Positions 26,258-36,910 of a DNA stretch of 56,482 nt are shown here, piece after piece. Source of the DNA: a virus (lineage: Duplodnaviria; Caudoviricetes); IMG/VR virus record IMGVR_UViG_3300033485_000014, positions 1 to 56,482 of that record; one strand, 5' to 3'. The notes under the pieces were generated by a model. It saw only the letters and a program-made list of their open reading frames with translations, was not told the origin of the DNA and made no database searches. Within the stretch, counting starts at the first letter, position 1; the number at the start of each line of letters is the position of its first letter. A program made the translations under genes and the position numbers.

Positions 26258-28438
26258 ATGTACGAGGATACCGCAGTCGAAAAGGTAATCCTCGCTCTCG
26301 AGGATCAGATCTCCGGCGGTGCCGCATCTTCTATGGATGCCCTTGCTCGCCTGGAGGGGCAGATTGTGCGTGAGCAAGCAGCGCTTGGCCGGCTGGAGAC
26401 GGAGCTAGCGCGGGCCAGTGCCAAACTGCAGGCCATGGCTGAGGGCGCGCCGGATGACCGTGTGGTTGCTGCCTTCGAAAAGCAGAAGCTTGCCGTCGTT
26501 GACCTCGAGAAGAAGCTATCGGATGTCAATGACACCCTGGCTATCATGTCGCAAGCTCACGTGCGAGATGAGGATCTCCGGAAGGTAAGAGCGGAAGCGG
26601 AGAGGCTGAGCGACAAGCTGGATGTTGCGCGCCTGAAGCAAGCTGAGCTTGCGGAGAAGATGAGCGCCAAGTCCGTCAACGTAGAGACCTACCGAAAGCA
26701 GGCCGACACGGTGGCGAAGCTTGGCGATGCCGCAGCGAACCAGCGCGACAAGATCGCCGGCATGGGCGAGCGAATGTCGAGGGCGGAAGGGAAGGCGAAG
26801 TCGTTCAAGGAACGGCTGGAGCTGATGGGGAAAACGCTCAAGGCTAATGGCGCGGATCTGGGAATTGTCGATTCGCAAGCCACGAAGCTCATTGCGTCAC
26901 TGTCGAAGATGGGGCCCGAAGTGGCAGCGGTAGCTGCCGGCATTCTCATCCTTACAGCAGTAGTCTCCGGATTCATAGGCATCGTAGCGAAAGGCATTGT
27001 TTCATCCGGAGAGATGCGCGACGAATTCTTGCGCCTGAAGGGGGAAGTGAAGTCACTGTGGATGACCTGGAACGGGTTCTTTCGCGGGGCCACCGTTTCG
27101 GCAACGCAGCTACAGGCAGCCATCAACGGAGTTGATCAGAAGACGAACGGGCTGTCTCGAGACAAGATCGAGGGATACGCTTTGCAGTTGGCGCGTGCTC
27201 GCATCCCAGCAAAGGATCTCCAGAATGCTCTGAATACGATGGTCATTGCCGGCACTGGCGGCACAGACAAGATGGCGCAGCGATTCCTCTCGCTGGCCAC
27301 AACGTACCGAATGTTCGGAAAGTCGGTCACTGGATTGGCCGAAGTGTTCAAGAAACAATTCGGTCAGGTAGCTGCCGAGAAAACGCTGGCACTAGGAATT
27401 CAGCTCACCAAGCTACGCGAAAACATTACGTTCCTGTTCTCTGGTGCCGACGTGGAACCGTTCCTTCGAGGACTACAGTCTATACTAGGAATCTTCGATC
27501 GGAACACATCGTCAGCAAAGGGAATGAGAGACATCATCACTGCCCTAGTAGAGAAGGGGATCAACCTATTCCTTCGGTTGGCTATCGTGCTCGTAAAAAC
27601 GTATCTGTGGATTCGAGAGCACGAGACGGCGTGGAAGGCTCTCAAGGTCATCGTTGGAGGCATCGGCCTGGCAATGGCCGCACTGGTAGGAGTTGTGCTT
27701 GTCGCCGTCGGTGTCATCGGCCTGGCTATGGCTGCAATCTCAGCTCCAGTAGTTGGATTCTTGGCGCTGGTAGGAATGGCTGTAAAGAATCTTTCTGAAC
27801 GATGGGACGCAATCTCTAGGTCTACATCGGAGATGGCTAAGACGGTGGGGGGGTGGTTCAGCCTCGTCGGAGAGTGGGTATCCGCAGCGCTGAACAAGCT
27901 TCGCAACATAGACCTATCGGACATCGGGAAGAAGATGATCGAGGGTCTAGTGAAAGGCATCAGCGACTCGATCACGGCTGTCGAAGATGCCGTCAAGAAG
28001 ACAGGCGAAGCCGCGCTGAAGAAATTCAAGGATGTGCTCGGGATCCACTCCCCGGCCCTGGCCGCGCGGATTGAGGTGGGTCGCCCAATCGGTCAAGGGG
28101 TGGCGATGGGCATCTCAGACACCAGGGCCATGGTCGATCGAGCTACGCGCTCCCTGTCGCTACAGGCTGTAGCCAACGACAATTCGACCCCGGCGTTGCC
28201 CACTGCCGCTGCGCAGGGGGCCGCTCCGGTAGCGTCCGCCTCGCTTCCCTCCAACCCCGCCCCGCCTCCTTCCGCGGCCGCCTCGCTTCCCTCCAACCCC
28301 GCCGAGTCACAGGCGGGGCCGACGTTCGTGTTTCATGGCTGCACATTCGGAGGGCAGCTCACAGAGGACGACGTGCGAACCATGATGGCCCACGTGTTCG
28401 AGCAGGCGCGCCGGGCCGCGCCAACGAGGGCGGCCTGA
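26258..28438 (+). CDS. Tape measure protein
   Basis: Helical and Ala-rich with a hydrophobic segment; LGIHSP motif. Confidence 0.85.
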   Translation: MYEDTAVEKVILALEDQISGGAASSMDALARLEGQIVREQAALGRLETELARASAKLQAMAEGAPDDRVVAAFEKQKLAVVDLEKKLSDVNDTLAIMSQAHVRDEDLRKVRAEAERLSDKLDVARLKQAELAEKMSAKSVNVETYRKQADTVAKLGDAAANQRDKIAGMGERMSRAEGKAKSFKERLELMGKTLKANGADLGIVDSQATKLIASLSKMGPEVAAVAAGILILTAVVSGFIGIVAKGIVSSGEMRDEFLRLKGEVKSLWMTWNGFFRGATVSATQLQAAINGVDQKTNGLSRDKIEGYALQLARARIPAKDLQNALNTMVIAGTGGTDKMAQRFLSLATTYRMFGKSVTGLAEVFKKQFGQVAAEKTLALGIQLTKLRENITFLFSGADVEPFLRGLQSILGIFDRNTSSAKGMRDIITALVEKGINLFLRLAIVLVKTYLWIREHETAWKALKVIVGGIGLAMAALVGVVLVAVGVIGLAMAAISAPVVGFLALVGMAVKNLSERWDAISRSTSEMAKTVGGWFSLVGEWVSAALNKLRNIDLSDIGKKMIEGLVKGISDSITAVEDAVKKTGEAALKKFKDVLGIHSPALAARIEVGRPIGQGVAMGISDTRAMVDRATRSLSLQAVANDNSTPALPTAAAQGAAPVASASLPSNPAPPPSAAASLPSNPAESQAGPTFVFHGCTFGGQLTEDDVRTMMAHVFEQARRAAPTRAA
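28236..28303 (+). repeat. 26-bp direct repeat near the tape measure 3' end
   Basis: CCGCCTCGCTTCCCTCCAACCCCGCC at 28236-28261 and 28278-28303. Confidence 0.85.
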
Positions 28439-28959
28439 TGGCAGCGCTCAATCCGCACGTTGACCCCGAGCCATTCTATCAGATCCGGCTCGGAGGCATC
28501 CTCCTTCCGGGGCACATCATCCCCCCTATTGAGAACTTGAAGAAGCCTCAGCGCTGGAACGTGCAGCACGGCATCGGCATGTTCAACGGCTTCACGATCT
28601 GGCGAGGCGTAATGCTCGCGGAAAAGATCGGAGTCAACATCTGTCTTCCAACGGCCAAAGACTTCGAAGACTATATGAACGTGCGCAAGGTACTCCTACC
28701 AAAGCTTGGCAATAAACCGCCTGCGCTGCTCGTACAGAATGCGCTATTTCAGATCGCTGGAGTGACCCGCGTATCCGTGGTTGACCCAGGCACTCCGCAG
28801 TGGGCACCGACGAACAACTGGATCGTCCAGATCGTTCTCAACGAATACGGAGAGCCAAAAGAGATCAAGCCTGGTCCACAGGACCCGCCAAAGCAGAAGA
28901 CCGAAAATGATCGACTCGCCGATCAACTGGAAGAGCTCATGAGGAAGGTGCACAAGTGA
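28438..28959 (+). CDS. Tail tube initiator / baseplate-proximal protein
   Basis: Follows the tape measure gene; IRLGGILLPG. Confidence 0.55.
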   Translation: MAALNPHVDPEPFYQIRLGGILLPGHIIPPIENLKKPQRWNVQHGIGMFNGFTIWRGVMLAEKIGVNICLPTAKDFEDYMNVRKVLLPKLGNKPPALLVQNALFQIAGVTRVSVVDPGTPQWAPTNNWIVQIVLNEYGEPKEIKPGPQDPPKQKTENDRLADQLEELMRKVHK

Positions 28960-30446
28960 GCGGCATCGGCACCCAAAAGGCTCTAAGTGTCAACCTCGTG
29001 CTCCCGGAGGCTGGAGCGTGGAGCGCTTCCGTGGTGCTTGATAGCGGCGCGGCCCCTTCTGGTAAGGTGACGCTTACCGTCAGCGATCTTGAGCTTCACG
29101 GGACCGTGGCGCGTTCGGGTCTCGACTACACAGGCAAACCGTCCGCCACCGTGTTCGGAGGCTACGGATGGGACTCGCTGGTCAGTGCACCCATATCGTT
29201 CCAGAGCGACGCAGGGGTGAAGCTGTCCACTGTCTTGAAGGCGCTAGGCACTGCCGCTGAAGAGCCCGTAGAGCAACCAACAGACAAGGTCATCGGCAAC
29301 TACTACGAGTGCGTGGCCAGCAGAGCTGGTGCAGAAACAAGATACGCCGATGCTCTCAATGAATTGCTGCATGCTGGCCACATTGCCACATGGCGAGTCG
29401 ATCCGGACGGTGTGACACGATTCACTGCCCGTACGTCCGCCCCCGTGACCTCGCGCGCAACCCCGATGCGCATCGACGCGAAGATGGGGAAGACGGTGTA
29501 TGGCGTGGATTCGGTCGCATCACTGCTGCCGGGAAACACAATCAACGGGGCAGCAATAGGAAGAGTCCACATCGACGAGACTCCAACGAAACTCGAGGCA
29601 ACGATCCATCTTCCTGGAGTCAATTCGGTCTCGAGCATCCTCGATTCTGTTCGACGCATGGTAGCGAGCGAATTGTCGGATCGATTGCGCACGTACCGGG
29701 TCGCTAAGTGCGGCACCGACGGGCGCCTAGACCTGGTCCCTCCGCAGGATGCTTCGCATCTTCCGGAGATGCACAACGTGGAGCAGTGGTGCCTCGGGGG
29801 CACGAAGATCTTTCCGCGAGAAGGAGCGGAGATCTTGGTGCTATTCCGAGATGACAACCACACTCGCCCGGTGGCATTCGCCTGCCGAAGTGACGAGAAC
29901 GAAGCGGACGGACAATGGCTTTCGCGACAGATCAAGCTTGAGACGTACGGGCAAGCGAGTGCGTACTTCAGAGAAGACGGGCAAGCTTCACTGCTGACCA
30001 CTGAAGACAACAAGTACAACGGCCGGCCCGTATTCTTCACGGTGGCCCCATCCGGATTCATGTGGCAATCCCCGTATGGCCGGATGCGACTTGACGCCGC
30101 TGGGCTTCACTACCGGGATCATGTGGGAGCCCGATTCGACGTTGGATCCCTGGGAATGCCGGCGCCATTGAACCAGATGTCTACTTACTTCAGTGCCACC
30201 GCGGCAACGATCAGTCTCAACGCTTCGCTTGTTTGCCTGGGTGCACCACTGTCTGCAAAGGATGCTGTAGCGCTATCTACTCCAATCAACACATTCTGCA
30301 CTGCTCTGGTTACGGCGGCGGCGACCGCGATAGGAGCGGCTGGCCCAGGCGGGCCTGCAGCTGCGACAACTTTTGCGTCAACGATGTCTGCGGCATTGCT
30401 CGCCCTGACGTTGGCCATGCCGTCCAAGTCTACTAGTGCCTCATAG
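28956..30446 (+). CDS. Baseplate hub fused to a spike (gpV-like) region
   Basis: Hub-like N half (WRVDPDG); PREGAEILVLFRDDNHTRPV spike OB-fold-like motif. Confidence 0.65.
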   Translation: MSGIGTQKALSVNLVLPEAGAWSASVVLDSGAAPSGKVTLTVSDLELHGTVARSGLDYTGKPSATVFGGYGWDSLVSAPISFQSDAGVKLSTVLKALGTAAEEPVEQPTDKVIGNYYECVASRAGAETRYADALNELLHAGHIATWRVDPDGVTRFTARTSAPVTSRATPMRIDAKMGKTVYGVDSVASLLPGNTINGAAIGRVHIDETPTKLEATIHLPGVNSVSSILDSVRRMVASELSDRLRTYRVAKCGTDGRLDLVPPQDASHLPEMHNVEQWCLGGTKIFPREGAEILVLFRDDNHTRPVAFACRSDENEADGQWLSRQIKLETYGQASAYFREDGQASLLTTEDNKYNGRPVFFTVAPSGFMWQSPYGRMRLDAAGLHYRDHVGARFDVGSLGMPAPLNQMSTYFSATAATISLNASLVCLGAPLSAKDAVALSTPINTFCTALVTAAATAIGAAGPGGPAAATTFASTMSAALLALTLAMPSKSTSAS

Positions 30447-30455
30447 GAGAGACCA

Positions 30456-30731
30456 GTGACCCCCTGTGTATTGGTTGTTATCCCATCTCCTCCAACGCTG
30501 CCGACTGGATTCTCGTGGGTGCTTCCGTTGCCCCATATTCCAGATCCGTCGCTCAAGTTGTGCTGTCAATATAAGCTGTCAGACTTCCTTCCGATTCATG
30601 CGTGGCCGCCCAATCTAGCATTCGTTCTGAGCGTGGGAACGCTAGCAACAATCAATGCGATCCTGCTAGCTGGGCAGCAGGCAGTGCAAGACATTATCGA
30701 TCAGTTCATTCCCGTCTGTCCGAGGTTCTGA
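30456..30731 (+). CDS. Pro-rich small baseplate-region protein
   Basis: AGGAG RBS. Confidence 0.5.
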   Translation: MTPCVLVVIPSPPTLPTGFSWVLPLPHIPDPSLKLCCQYKLSDFLPIHAWPPNLAFVLSVGTLATINAILLAGQQAVQDIIDQFIPVCPRF

Positions 30732-31073
30732 ATGGCACTATCAACCGGAACGGTGACAATTGCTGACGACGGATCCCATACGGGATCTGGGTTCGCGCTG
30801 GTTCTGTACGAACGTTTCATTGACGGACTGCAATTACCGGAGACTGAGTTCGAGACGCAGGTTCAATTGGACGCGAAGCGCGCAAGCGCCGCGCAATGCG
30901 TGAAGATGGCTGGGGCCATCATCGACTATTTCAAAAACAATGCGGAGTTGTCCGGCAACGCAACAGTCAGCACCCAAAGCGTAGGAAGGACTCCGGACCC
31001 GAATATTGCCAACACTGCGATACAAGCACCATCGAGTCCGGTGACTATTCCGATCTCCGGAGGGATCCTCTGA
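30732..31073 (+). CDS. Hypothetical baseplate-region protein
   Basis: ORF within the operon. Confidence 0.55.
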   Translation: MALSTGTVTIADDGSHTGSGFALVLYERFIDGLQLPETEFETQVQLDAKRASAAQCVKMAGAIIDYFKNNAELSGNATVSTQSVGRTPDPNIANTAIQAPSSPVTIPISGGIL

Positions 31074-31258
31074 TGTGCCACTGGGTTCGTTGCCCCAACT
31101 GCCTGAAGGCGCGCATCGGTGGGTGCGGCGACGAGGAACACGAGCAGGCATTGCTTGCCGGAGTCTCCGGGGATAGACTCTGCAGATGCAAGGAGCAACA
31201 GCTGGCTGAGATGGCGGCACAAGAAGAGCGTAACGCCCGGAAGGACGGATCGGGATGA
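31073..31258 (+). CDS. Small Cys-containing protein
   Basis: Coupled at both ends; CPNC, CRC. Confidence 0.45.
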   Translation: MCHWVRCPNCLKARIGGCGDEEHEQALLAGVSGDRLCRCKEQQLAEMAAQEERNARKDGSG

Positions 31259-31659
31259 GCGGAGCTGACGCTATCTACGGCAAGACGATTCGGTGCGTCA
31301 GGGACGCTGATGCAATATTCTCTTCATGCTCCGGGCTGGACGTAGTATTCCAGGACGTGATTCACCGATTGACGACTAGCACGGTGCTTGGGCCCGGAGG
31401 GGACGACTGGGGCTACGATTGTCGGAAGATGGTTGGGATGAAGGTGTCAGAAGTGGCAATCATGGGACCAGTGCTTTCGGAGATTGTGTGCAGAGATCGG
31501 CGCATTCTCACGGCTGATATCTCAATTCTCACAGAGGACAACGGCGACGGGGTTACGTCCAGCGCCACAATCTCAGGAGACTGCACAACTGACGTGGGTC
31601 CATTCTCGTTCGTGCTTCCTGTCAACGAAGTCTCAGAAGCCACGTTCGCGTCTCAGTAA
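31255..31659 (+). CDS. Baseplate wedge protein (gp25/Mu gp46-like)
   Basis: QDVIHRLTT...DWGYD...DRRI. Confidence 0.7.
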   Translation: MSGADAIYGKTIRCVRDADAIFSSCSGLDVVFQDVIHRLTTSTVLGPGGDDWGYDCRKMVGMKVSEVAIMGPVLSEIVCRDRRILTADISILTEDNGDGVTSSATISGDCTTDVGPFSFVLPVNEVSEATFASQ

Positions 31660-31672
31660 TGAGTGACACACA

Positions 31673-32947
31673 ATGAGCTTTCTATCCAATCTTCTACAGC
31701 CAGAAACCGAGAGCTCGGTACGAGCCAAGATATTCGGCATTGCATCCGCATGCAAGCTCGCAGTCACCAATTGGATTGTCGGTGACGTATCTCAGCAGAT
31801 TCTTGAGACCATTGTATCGGCAGCCTTTGCGTACGCATCCGGAGTATCGAAGATCATTCGTGGCCATATCAGTCTCGACACGTCCGTAGATCCTGGTGAC
31901 GTAGACACGTACGATTCAACGAACGAGACAATGGATCCCGAATATGGGATGCTGAGCGCGCTCGGTGAGAACGTGTTCGGAACGCAGCGACCGGACGACA
32001 CCTTCGCCACGTGCTCTTTTCAGATCGACAATGCTGGCCCAAGTGCGCGAGACATCATGCCAGAGTCTCTGGTGTTCACGAAGACTACCGGCACTGACAA
32101 CCCGACGTACACCAATGTTGCTGACGATTCAGTCTACACGAACCCAAACGGAAGCGTCACCGTAGCCGCCGGGACCAGCGTGACGATTCCAATTCAGTGT
32201 CAACTGAAGGGACTGATTGGAGCGGCTGAAGCTGGGGCTATCAGTCTGACCACTACTGTCAACGGCCTTAGCGGCACCAACACTACTGCAGCAGTGGGCA
32301 CTGTTCGCATGACCGCTGATGCCTTTCGAGCATTGTGCAGGCAAGCCGCCGGAAGACTGTCGTTTGCTACCCCTGAAGATGCGTATCTGTTTCTTGCCAC
32401 ACACAATCTTGATGGCACATTGCTCCAAAACGGAAACGGAGACAGCGTGGCTATAAGTAGAGTAGACATCGCTGGAGACCCGTCGTATGGCACCGAAACT
32501 GTATACTACGCATCCCCGAGCGGAGCGGCCATCGCCGTAGATGTTACTGCAGCAAACAACAACATTCAGATGGCCGCGTTTGCCGTTGCTGATTGCATCA
32601 CGTTCACCGGATCGGCAGCCGTGCCGCAAACAGTAACCGTTGCTGGTACCGCCAGAGTCAGAAGACGTCAGGGCACTTCCGATGTGGCGCTTGCCGCCGA
32701 GATTGCGGCCGGTCTTGCGGCGGGCGTAATCGTCGGATTCCCGACGATACCAGTTGGCGGATTCGATCGAGGGGTCACGTACGGATACATCTACGTGAGA
32801 GACTTGGAGGCATACGCCCGATCCGGAGCCCTAACCGCTTACGATGTGCAAGTGATCACCCCGAGTTCAACCGTACAATTGACCGAGGGGCACGTGGCGG
32901 TGCCCAGCACCGCCGCTGGAAGCTGGACGGTGACGGTGGTCCCATGA
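31673..32947 (+). CDS. Baseplate J-like protein
   Basis: FGTQR...FAT, NTTAAVG...FRALC, ATPEDAY. Confidence 0.8.
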   Translation: MSFLSNLLQPETESSVRAKIFGIASACKLAVTNWIVGDVSQQILETIVSAAFAYASGVSKIIRGHISLDTSVDPGDVDTYDSTNETMDPEYGMLSALGENVFGTQRPDDTFATCSFQIDNAGPSARDIMPESLVFTKTTGTDNPTYTNVADDSVYTNPNGSVTVAAGTSVTIPIQCQLKGLIGAAEAGAISLTTTVNGLSGTNTTAAVGTVRMTADAFRALCRQAAGRLSFATPEDAYLFLATHNLDGTLLQNGNGDSVAISRVDIAGDPSYGTETVYYASPSGAAIAVDVTAANNNIQMAAFAVADCITFTGSAAVPQTVTVAGTARVRRRQGTSDVALAAEIAAGLAAGVIVGFPTIPVGGFDRGVTYGYIYVRDLEAYARSGALTAYDVQVITPSSTVQLTEGHVAVPSTAAGSWTVTVVP

Positions 32948-33834
32948 GCGTGTTCGTGGGTCGCATCCAGAAGCTCATCGGAAACATTGGGCCGTGGTAT
33001 GTGCACGGAACCAACATTGGCAGGTTTCTGGAAACGTTCGGAATCGTCCTGGACGATGCTATGACCACCCTGCAGATAGGTCTCAGTCAGGCATATCCTC
33101 TAGAGTGCGATAGAGAATCGTTGGCTACGATTGCGTACGATAGATCCATGAGATTCTACGGAACGGAACCGGAGGAATCGACCCGCTATCGCCTGTCGCG
33201 TTGGCTTCAGCTGCACAGGCAGCGCGGCACGCACCAGGGAGAACTTCGGCACGCTCAGCTATATTTCTATCCGAATGCGCCAGTGATGAGAATCGTGCAT
33301 CAGGATGGCGCAGGATCATCGGCGACATGGCACACATTGAATGCTGCCGGCGAGTATTCAGTCTACCGAAAGACTCCGTCGAATTGGAACTACGATGGGG
33401 CTACATCCAGATGGGGAAGATTCTGGGTGATCCTGTATCCTCCTACAGGCTTTCTGTCAGGCAGCAATCCGCAAGACAATCTGGCTCACTATGGCGGAAC
33501 GCACTCAGGTGGATACCTGACGGCAGAAATGGTTTATGGCGGATACTATACAGGTGGCCACGTATCATCGCTACGGAATTATGACGGGCTTTCCGCGGCG
33601 GTGCTATCCGATCTTGTGGACATGATTCGAGAATGGTCACGACGTCGAGAGATGCTGTGGGGGTACATTGTGGCCACAGATTCAGGAATGTTTGATCCGA
33701 TATCTACATCGGTAACAATGCCATCCGGATACACTACGATGCCAGTCGGAAACTGGGGTTCGCCCATGTCATCGACAGGAGTTCGAACGCGCCCACCGGG
33801 AGCTCTGTGGGTTTACGATAAGGGTCAAGGTTGA
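32944..33834 (+). CDS. Baseplate wedge protein (gpI-like)
   Basis: LATIAYDR...EPEESTRYRL...RGT. Confidence 0.7.
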   Translation: MSVFVGRIQKLIGNIGPWYVHGTNIGRFLETFGIVLDDAMTTLQIGLSQAYPLECDRESLATIAYDRSMRFYGTEPEESTRYRLSRWLQLHRQRGTHQGELRHAQLYFYPNAPVMRIVHQDGAGSSATWHTLNAAGEYSVYRKTPSNWNYDGATSRWGRFWVILYPPTGFLSGSNPQDNLAHYGGTHSGGYLTAEMVYGGYYTGGHVSSLRNYDGLSAAVLSDLVDMIREWSRRREMLWGYIVATDSGMFDPISTSVTMPSGYTTMPVGNWGSPMSSTGVRTRPPGALWVYDKGQG

Positions 33835-33843
33835 GGTGCGACA

Positions 33844-34662
33844 ATGACGATCGGAACAATCACTCTAGGAGACTACGTAACAGTCACCCCTGACACGTCT
33901 CCGCTCCCATATGCGAGCTTGCAGGGGCCGTCACCATCGATGCCGGTTGTATCTGACGACATCCTATCTATCATCCAGGCGGTTCTCAACGTGCAATCAG
34001 TGGCATCGGGCTACGCGGCGCTAGCACAATCCGTCGCCATCGGCGCAGCTACAAGCCTTGCGGCGCTAGCTTCTGCCGTTGGAACGATCGATGGCTCTGG
34101 CGATTCTGGTGTTACGACGACGGCCAGATTCCACTTTATTCGTGTGACAGGCACAGGATCAGGAAGCGGTTCCTTCCAGCTCGACTGGGGCTCATTGCTG
34201 CCGGCAAACTCGATCCTGTTCTTGATGAACGCTGGCAGCGGGGCGCTGACAGTGCGCAGATACGGCGGCTCACTGGTCAACACACTGCAACCCGGCGAAC
34301 TCGGAGTCTATCGACACGACCAGACTTCCACTGACCCGCTAGCCGTGTGCACAGTATACAGCGTCCCGCACGTAACCACGTACGTAACAGATGACGGAAA
34401 CCGAAACATCAACGGGATCTATCACAAGCATACCGTGTTTGCTGACGCTGGGGGCAGCTACACATCAGCCACGTACACCATCTTGGGCGGGACGTCCGGG
34501 AACGAACTCACTGTTGTCAACATTGGATTCTCTGACGGGATTCAGATGTATCACAACGGCGGCAACATCTCGGTGCCAATTCCCCAGAACGGAGCACAGC
34601 GACTGATCTACGACGGAACCACGTGGCGCGTTGCCGGATTCTCTTCTGCACTACACGGGTGA
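33844..34662 (+). CDS. Tail fibre-related protein
   Basis: Beta-rich; LIYDGTTWRV end; position. Confidence 0.6.
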   Translation: MTIGTITLGDYVTVTPDTSPLPYASLQGPSPSMPVVSDDILSIIQAVLNVQSVASGYAALAQSVAIGAATSLAALASAVGTIDGSGDSGVTTTARFHFIRVTGTGSGSGSFQLDWGSLLPANSILFLMNAGSGALTVRRYGGSLVNTLQPGELGVYRHDQTSTDPLAVCTVYSVPHVTTYVTDDGNRNINGIYHKHTVFADAGGSYTSATYTILGGTSGNELTVVNIGFSDGIQMYHNGGNISVPIPQNGAQRLIYDGTTWRVAGFSSALHG

Positions 34663-34666
34663 GCAC

Positions 34667-35821
34667 ATGCCTAACATCACTGGATGCATTGAGATTGTGG
34701 ACGCCAATGGGCAGACCGTAAACGTGGTCAACAGGAGCGGAGTGTACCCTCCGTTTCGGATCAAACTCGGAAGCGGTATCAGCGCCACCGCATCGGAGAA
34801 CGGGTCCGTTGTCGACGTGGAGCTAAGTTCCACGGTGACAGGGTCTAGCCAGGTGGAAGTACAGGTCGACGGAACGGAGGTGAGCACGCATTCGATCATC
34901 GATATCCGCGGACCCATGAAGCCGGAAGTAACAGACTACCCCGAAAGCGTAGTGCTAGACTTCGAGCCAGCGCCCGTGCGGAGCGGTTCAACCATATACC
35001 ATCCGGAGGAGGTCGAATTCTCTGGAACTGGAGTGTCTGTGGCCGCAAAGACCGGCGGCGTCAATATCACAATCAACCGTCTAGAGGTTCAGGATGAGGG
35101 CTCCGCAGTCACATCACGCCCGACTATCAACTTCATCGGCGACGGAGTCACGGTCGCTGATGACTCAGGGGGTAGCCGAACTAATGTCACAATAACTGGT
35201 TCGTCAGGAATTCTTGAATGCAACTACGTGCTTGAATACACAGTCAATCCAGCTGAGGTCGACTTCAACGAAGTCAATGCTGACGGAATGATCCCTCAAG
35301 CTGGGATGAAGCTCCTGCTAACTCACCAGAATGGGGAGGAGGGTAACGGACCATACCTGGTTTCATCATATGATGATGAAACTGGGATCGCTGCGCTAAC
35401 TCCTCTTTGGAGTGGGACGATCACGCCTTATAACCAGATTCGCATTATCGGCGGCACCAAGTGGATTCACTCGATGTGGGCCAATTATTGGCCTGGAACA
35501 TACGGAACCGACAATCTAGCGATTGTTCCAGTAGAGTATACAATCAGCAACGTGCTGCTTACGTCTGGCACTGTTCAGATTGAGAACGTGTATGCTGTGA
35601 GCAACGACATACAGGCTAACGTTGTCAAGGTCCGGCCCAGTGGCGCGACGAACTCCCGCTCCTGGTTGGTGACTCATATAGGCAATTCATACGTGCAACT
35701 ATATCGGGCGCATGTGGTCGTGGAAGCGCAAGACGCCTCAGGCACACTGAACACTGCAGACGGCTCTCGCGTAGACGTGCACATCATCAATCGGCAAGGC
35801 GTGTGGACGATACCGGTGTAG
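34667..35821 (+). CDS. Tail fibre / receptor-binding-like protein
   Basis: VQDEG...TINFIGDGVTV modules; LLLTHQ...NGPY. Confidence 0.6.
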   Translation: MPNITGCIEIVDANGQTVNVVNRSGVYPPFRIKLGSGISATASENGSVVDVELSSTVTGSSQVEVQVDGTEVSTHSIIDIRGPMKPEVTDYPESVVLDFEPAPVRSGSTIYHPEEVEFSGTGVSVAAKTGGVNITINRLEVQDEGSAVTSRPTINFIGDGVTVADDSGGSRTNVTITGSSGILECNYVLEYTVNPAEVDFNEVNADGMIPQAGMKLLLTHQNGEEGNGPYLVSSYDDETGIAALTPLWSGTITPYNQIRIIGGTKWIHSMWANYWPGTYGTDNLAIVPVEYTISNVLLTSGTVQIENVYAVSNDIQANVVKVRPSGATNSRSWLVTHIGNSYVQLYRAHVVVEAQDASGTLNTADGSRVDVHIINRQGVWTIPV

Positions 35822-35873
35822 TGCTGATATGGGACCACGCAAGCACGAAGAACTCGCGTGATGCCTAAGCGAA

Positions 35874-36221
35874 CTATCGGTCAAGATCGACGTAGGAGAT
35901 CACTTCCCGATCGACCACGCGGGCCGGTATTGGCGGCTCCGAAGTCCAGTCCGCCGCGAGCTTGCACACTTCAGCACCCGCCGGCAGTTTGAGCTTCTTT
36001 CCTCCGTGTCCATCGTCTTCGTCCTCTAAGCCGCACGACGGATAAGCCCACTTGTTTTGCGTGGGGTGCTTGATCGGCACAGCGTATCGGACTGTCGCTT
36101 GATGCACATGAGGGCCGGCGCCAATGAACGCGGTCGGTTGCCATGGCATCCCGAGCAGCTCGTCGGTGTCGGTTGATAGCTTGTCGGCATGAGCTTGGTT
36201 GTTTACGACGATGTGTTTCAT
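35874..36221 (-). CDS. Hypothetical protein (possible fibre chaperone)
   Basis: ATGA-coupled to the upstream LamG-like gene. Confidence 0.55.
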   Translation of the reverse strand: MKHIVVNNQAHADKLSTDTDELLGMPWQPTAFIGAGPHVHQATVRYAVPIKHPTQNKWAYPSCGLEDEDDGHGGKKLKLPAGAEVCKLAADWTSEPPIPARVVDREVISYVDLDR

Positions 36222-36910
36222 GTTACCCCGAATCTGGTCATGAGCCATCGGGTGACACGAAACTCTGTGGAGTCGTCATCTATACCGTCGTGCATTAGCA
36301 TTGCTGCCCACAGCCCCTTGGACGAGTAGTTCGTCCCAAACACACCCATGTCTATACCACTTATCCCGTTGTATCCTCCTGCGCCAGTCATAGTCTTTCG
36401 TGTACCATCCACAGAAAATGTGACCGGCGTAGTCGTCTTGAAACAGAATATGTGTACACTGGTGAGCGTTGACACTGTCGTCGAAGCGCCAGAGCCCTCC
36501 TCGAATGTAACGGTGGTGCCGCTGGCATTCACAGGGTACCTAGTAGACACACCGTCTATAATCATACCAAAACCGGTGCCGGGCTTTCTCATCGCCAGAT
36601 ACATTGTGAATGGCTGCGCTGAGGTCCGGACAGGCCCGCTAATGCGCATCCCCGCAGCCGATGAACCCAAACCGGAGAAGTCGACGCACGGTTGGCCTCC
36701 GAACGTGGCGCTGGAAGGAGTCCAAATGCCTTGTCGATCACTGACAGCTTGCGTTGCGACCAACACGTTCCCCGTCACAACGTCCGCCCACGCGCTGACA
36801 TTCGAACCTACCAGCGTGATCCCCCGGTCTGCAAGCAGTACGCGCCACGTCGACCGGCCACCCTCGTTGACCCAGGGGAGGTACCTCCTACCCAACCGAG
36901 ACCAGAGCAT
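36218..36910 (-). CDS. LamG/concanavalin-like sugar-binding structural protein
   Basis: VSAWADVVTGN, FGGQPCVDF, WLMTRFG C-terminus. Confidence 0.65.
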   Translation of the reverse strand: MLWSRLGRRYLPWVNEGGRSTWRVLLADRGITLVGSNVSAWADVVTGNVLVATQAVSDRQGIWTPSSATFGGQPCVDFSGLGSSAAGMRISGPVRTSAQPFTMYLAMRKPGTGFGMIIDGVSTRYPVNASGTTVTFEEGSGASTTVSTLTSVHIFCFKTTTPVTFSVDGTRKTMTGAGGYNGISGIDMGVFGTNYSSKGLWAAMLMHDGIDDDSTEFRVTRWLMTRFGVT

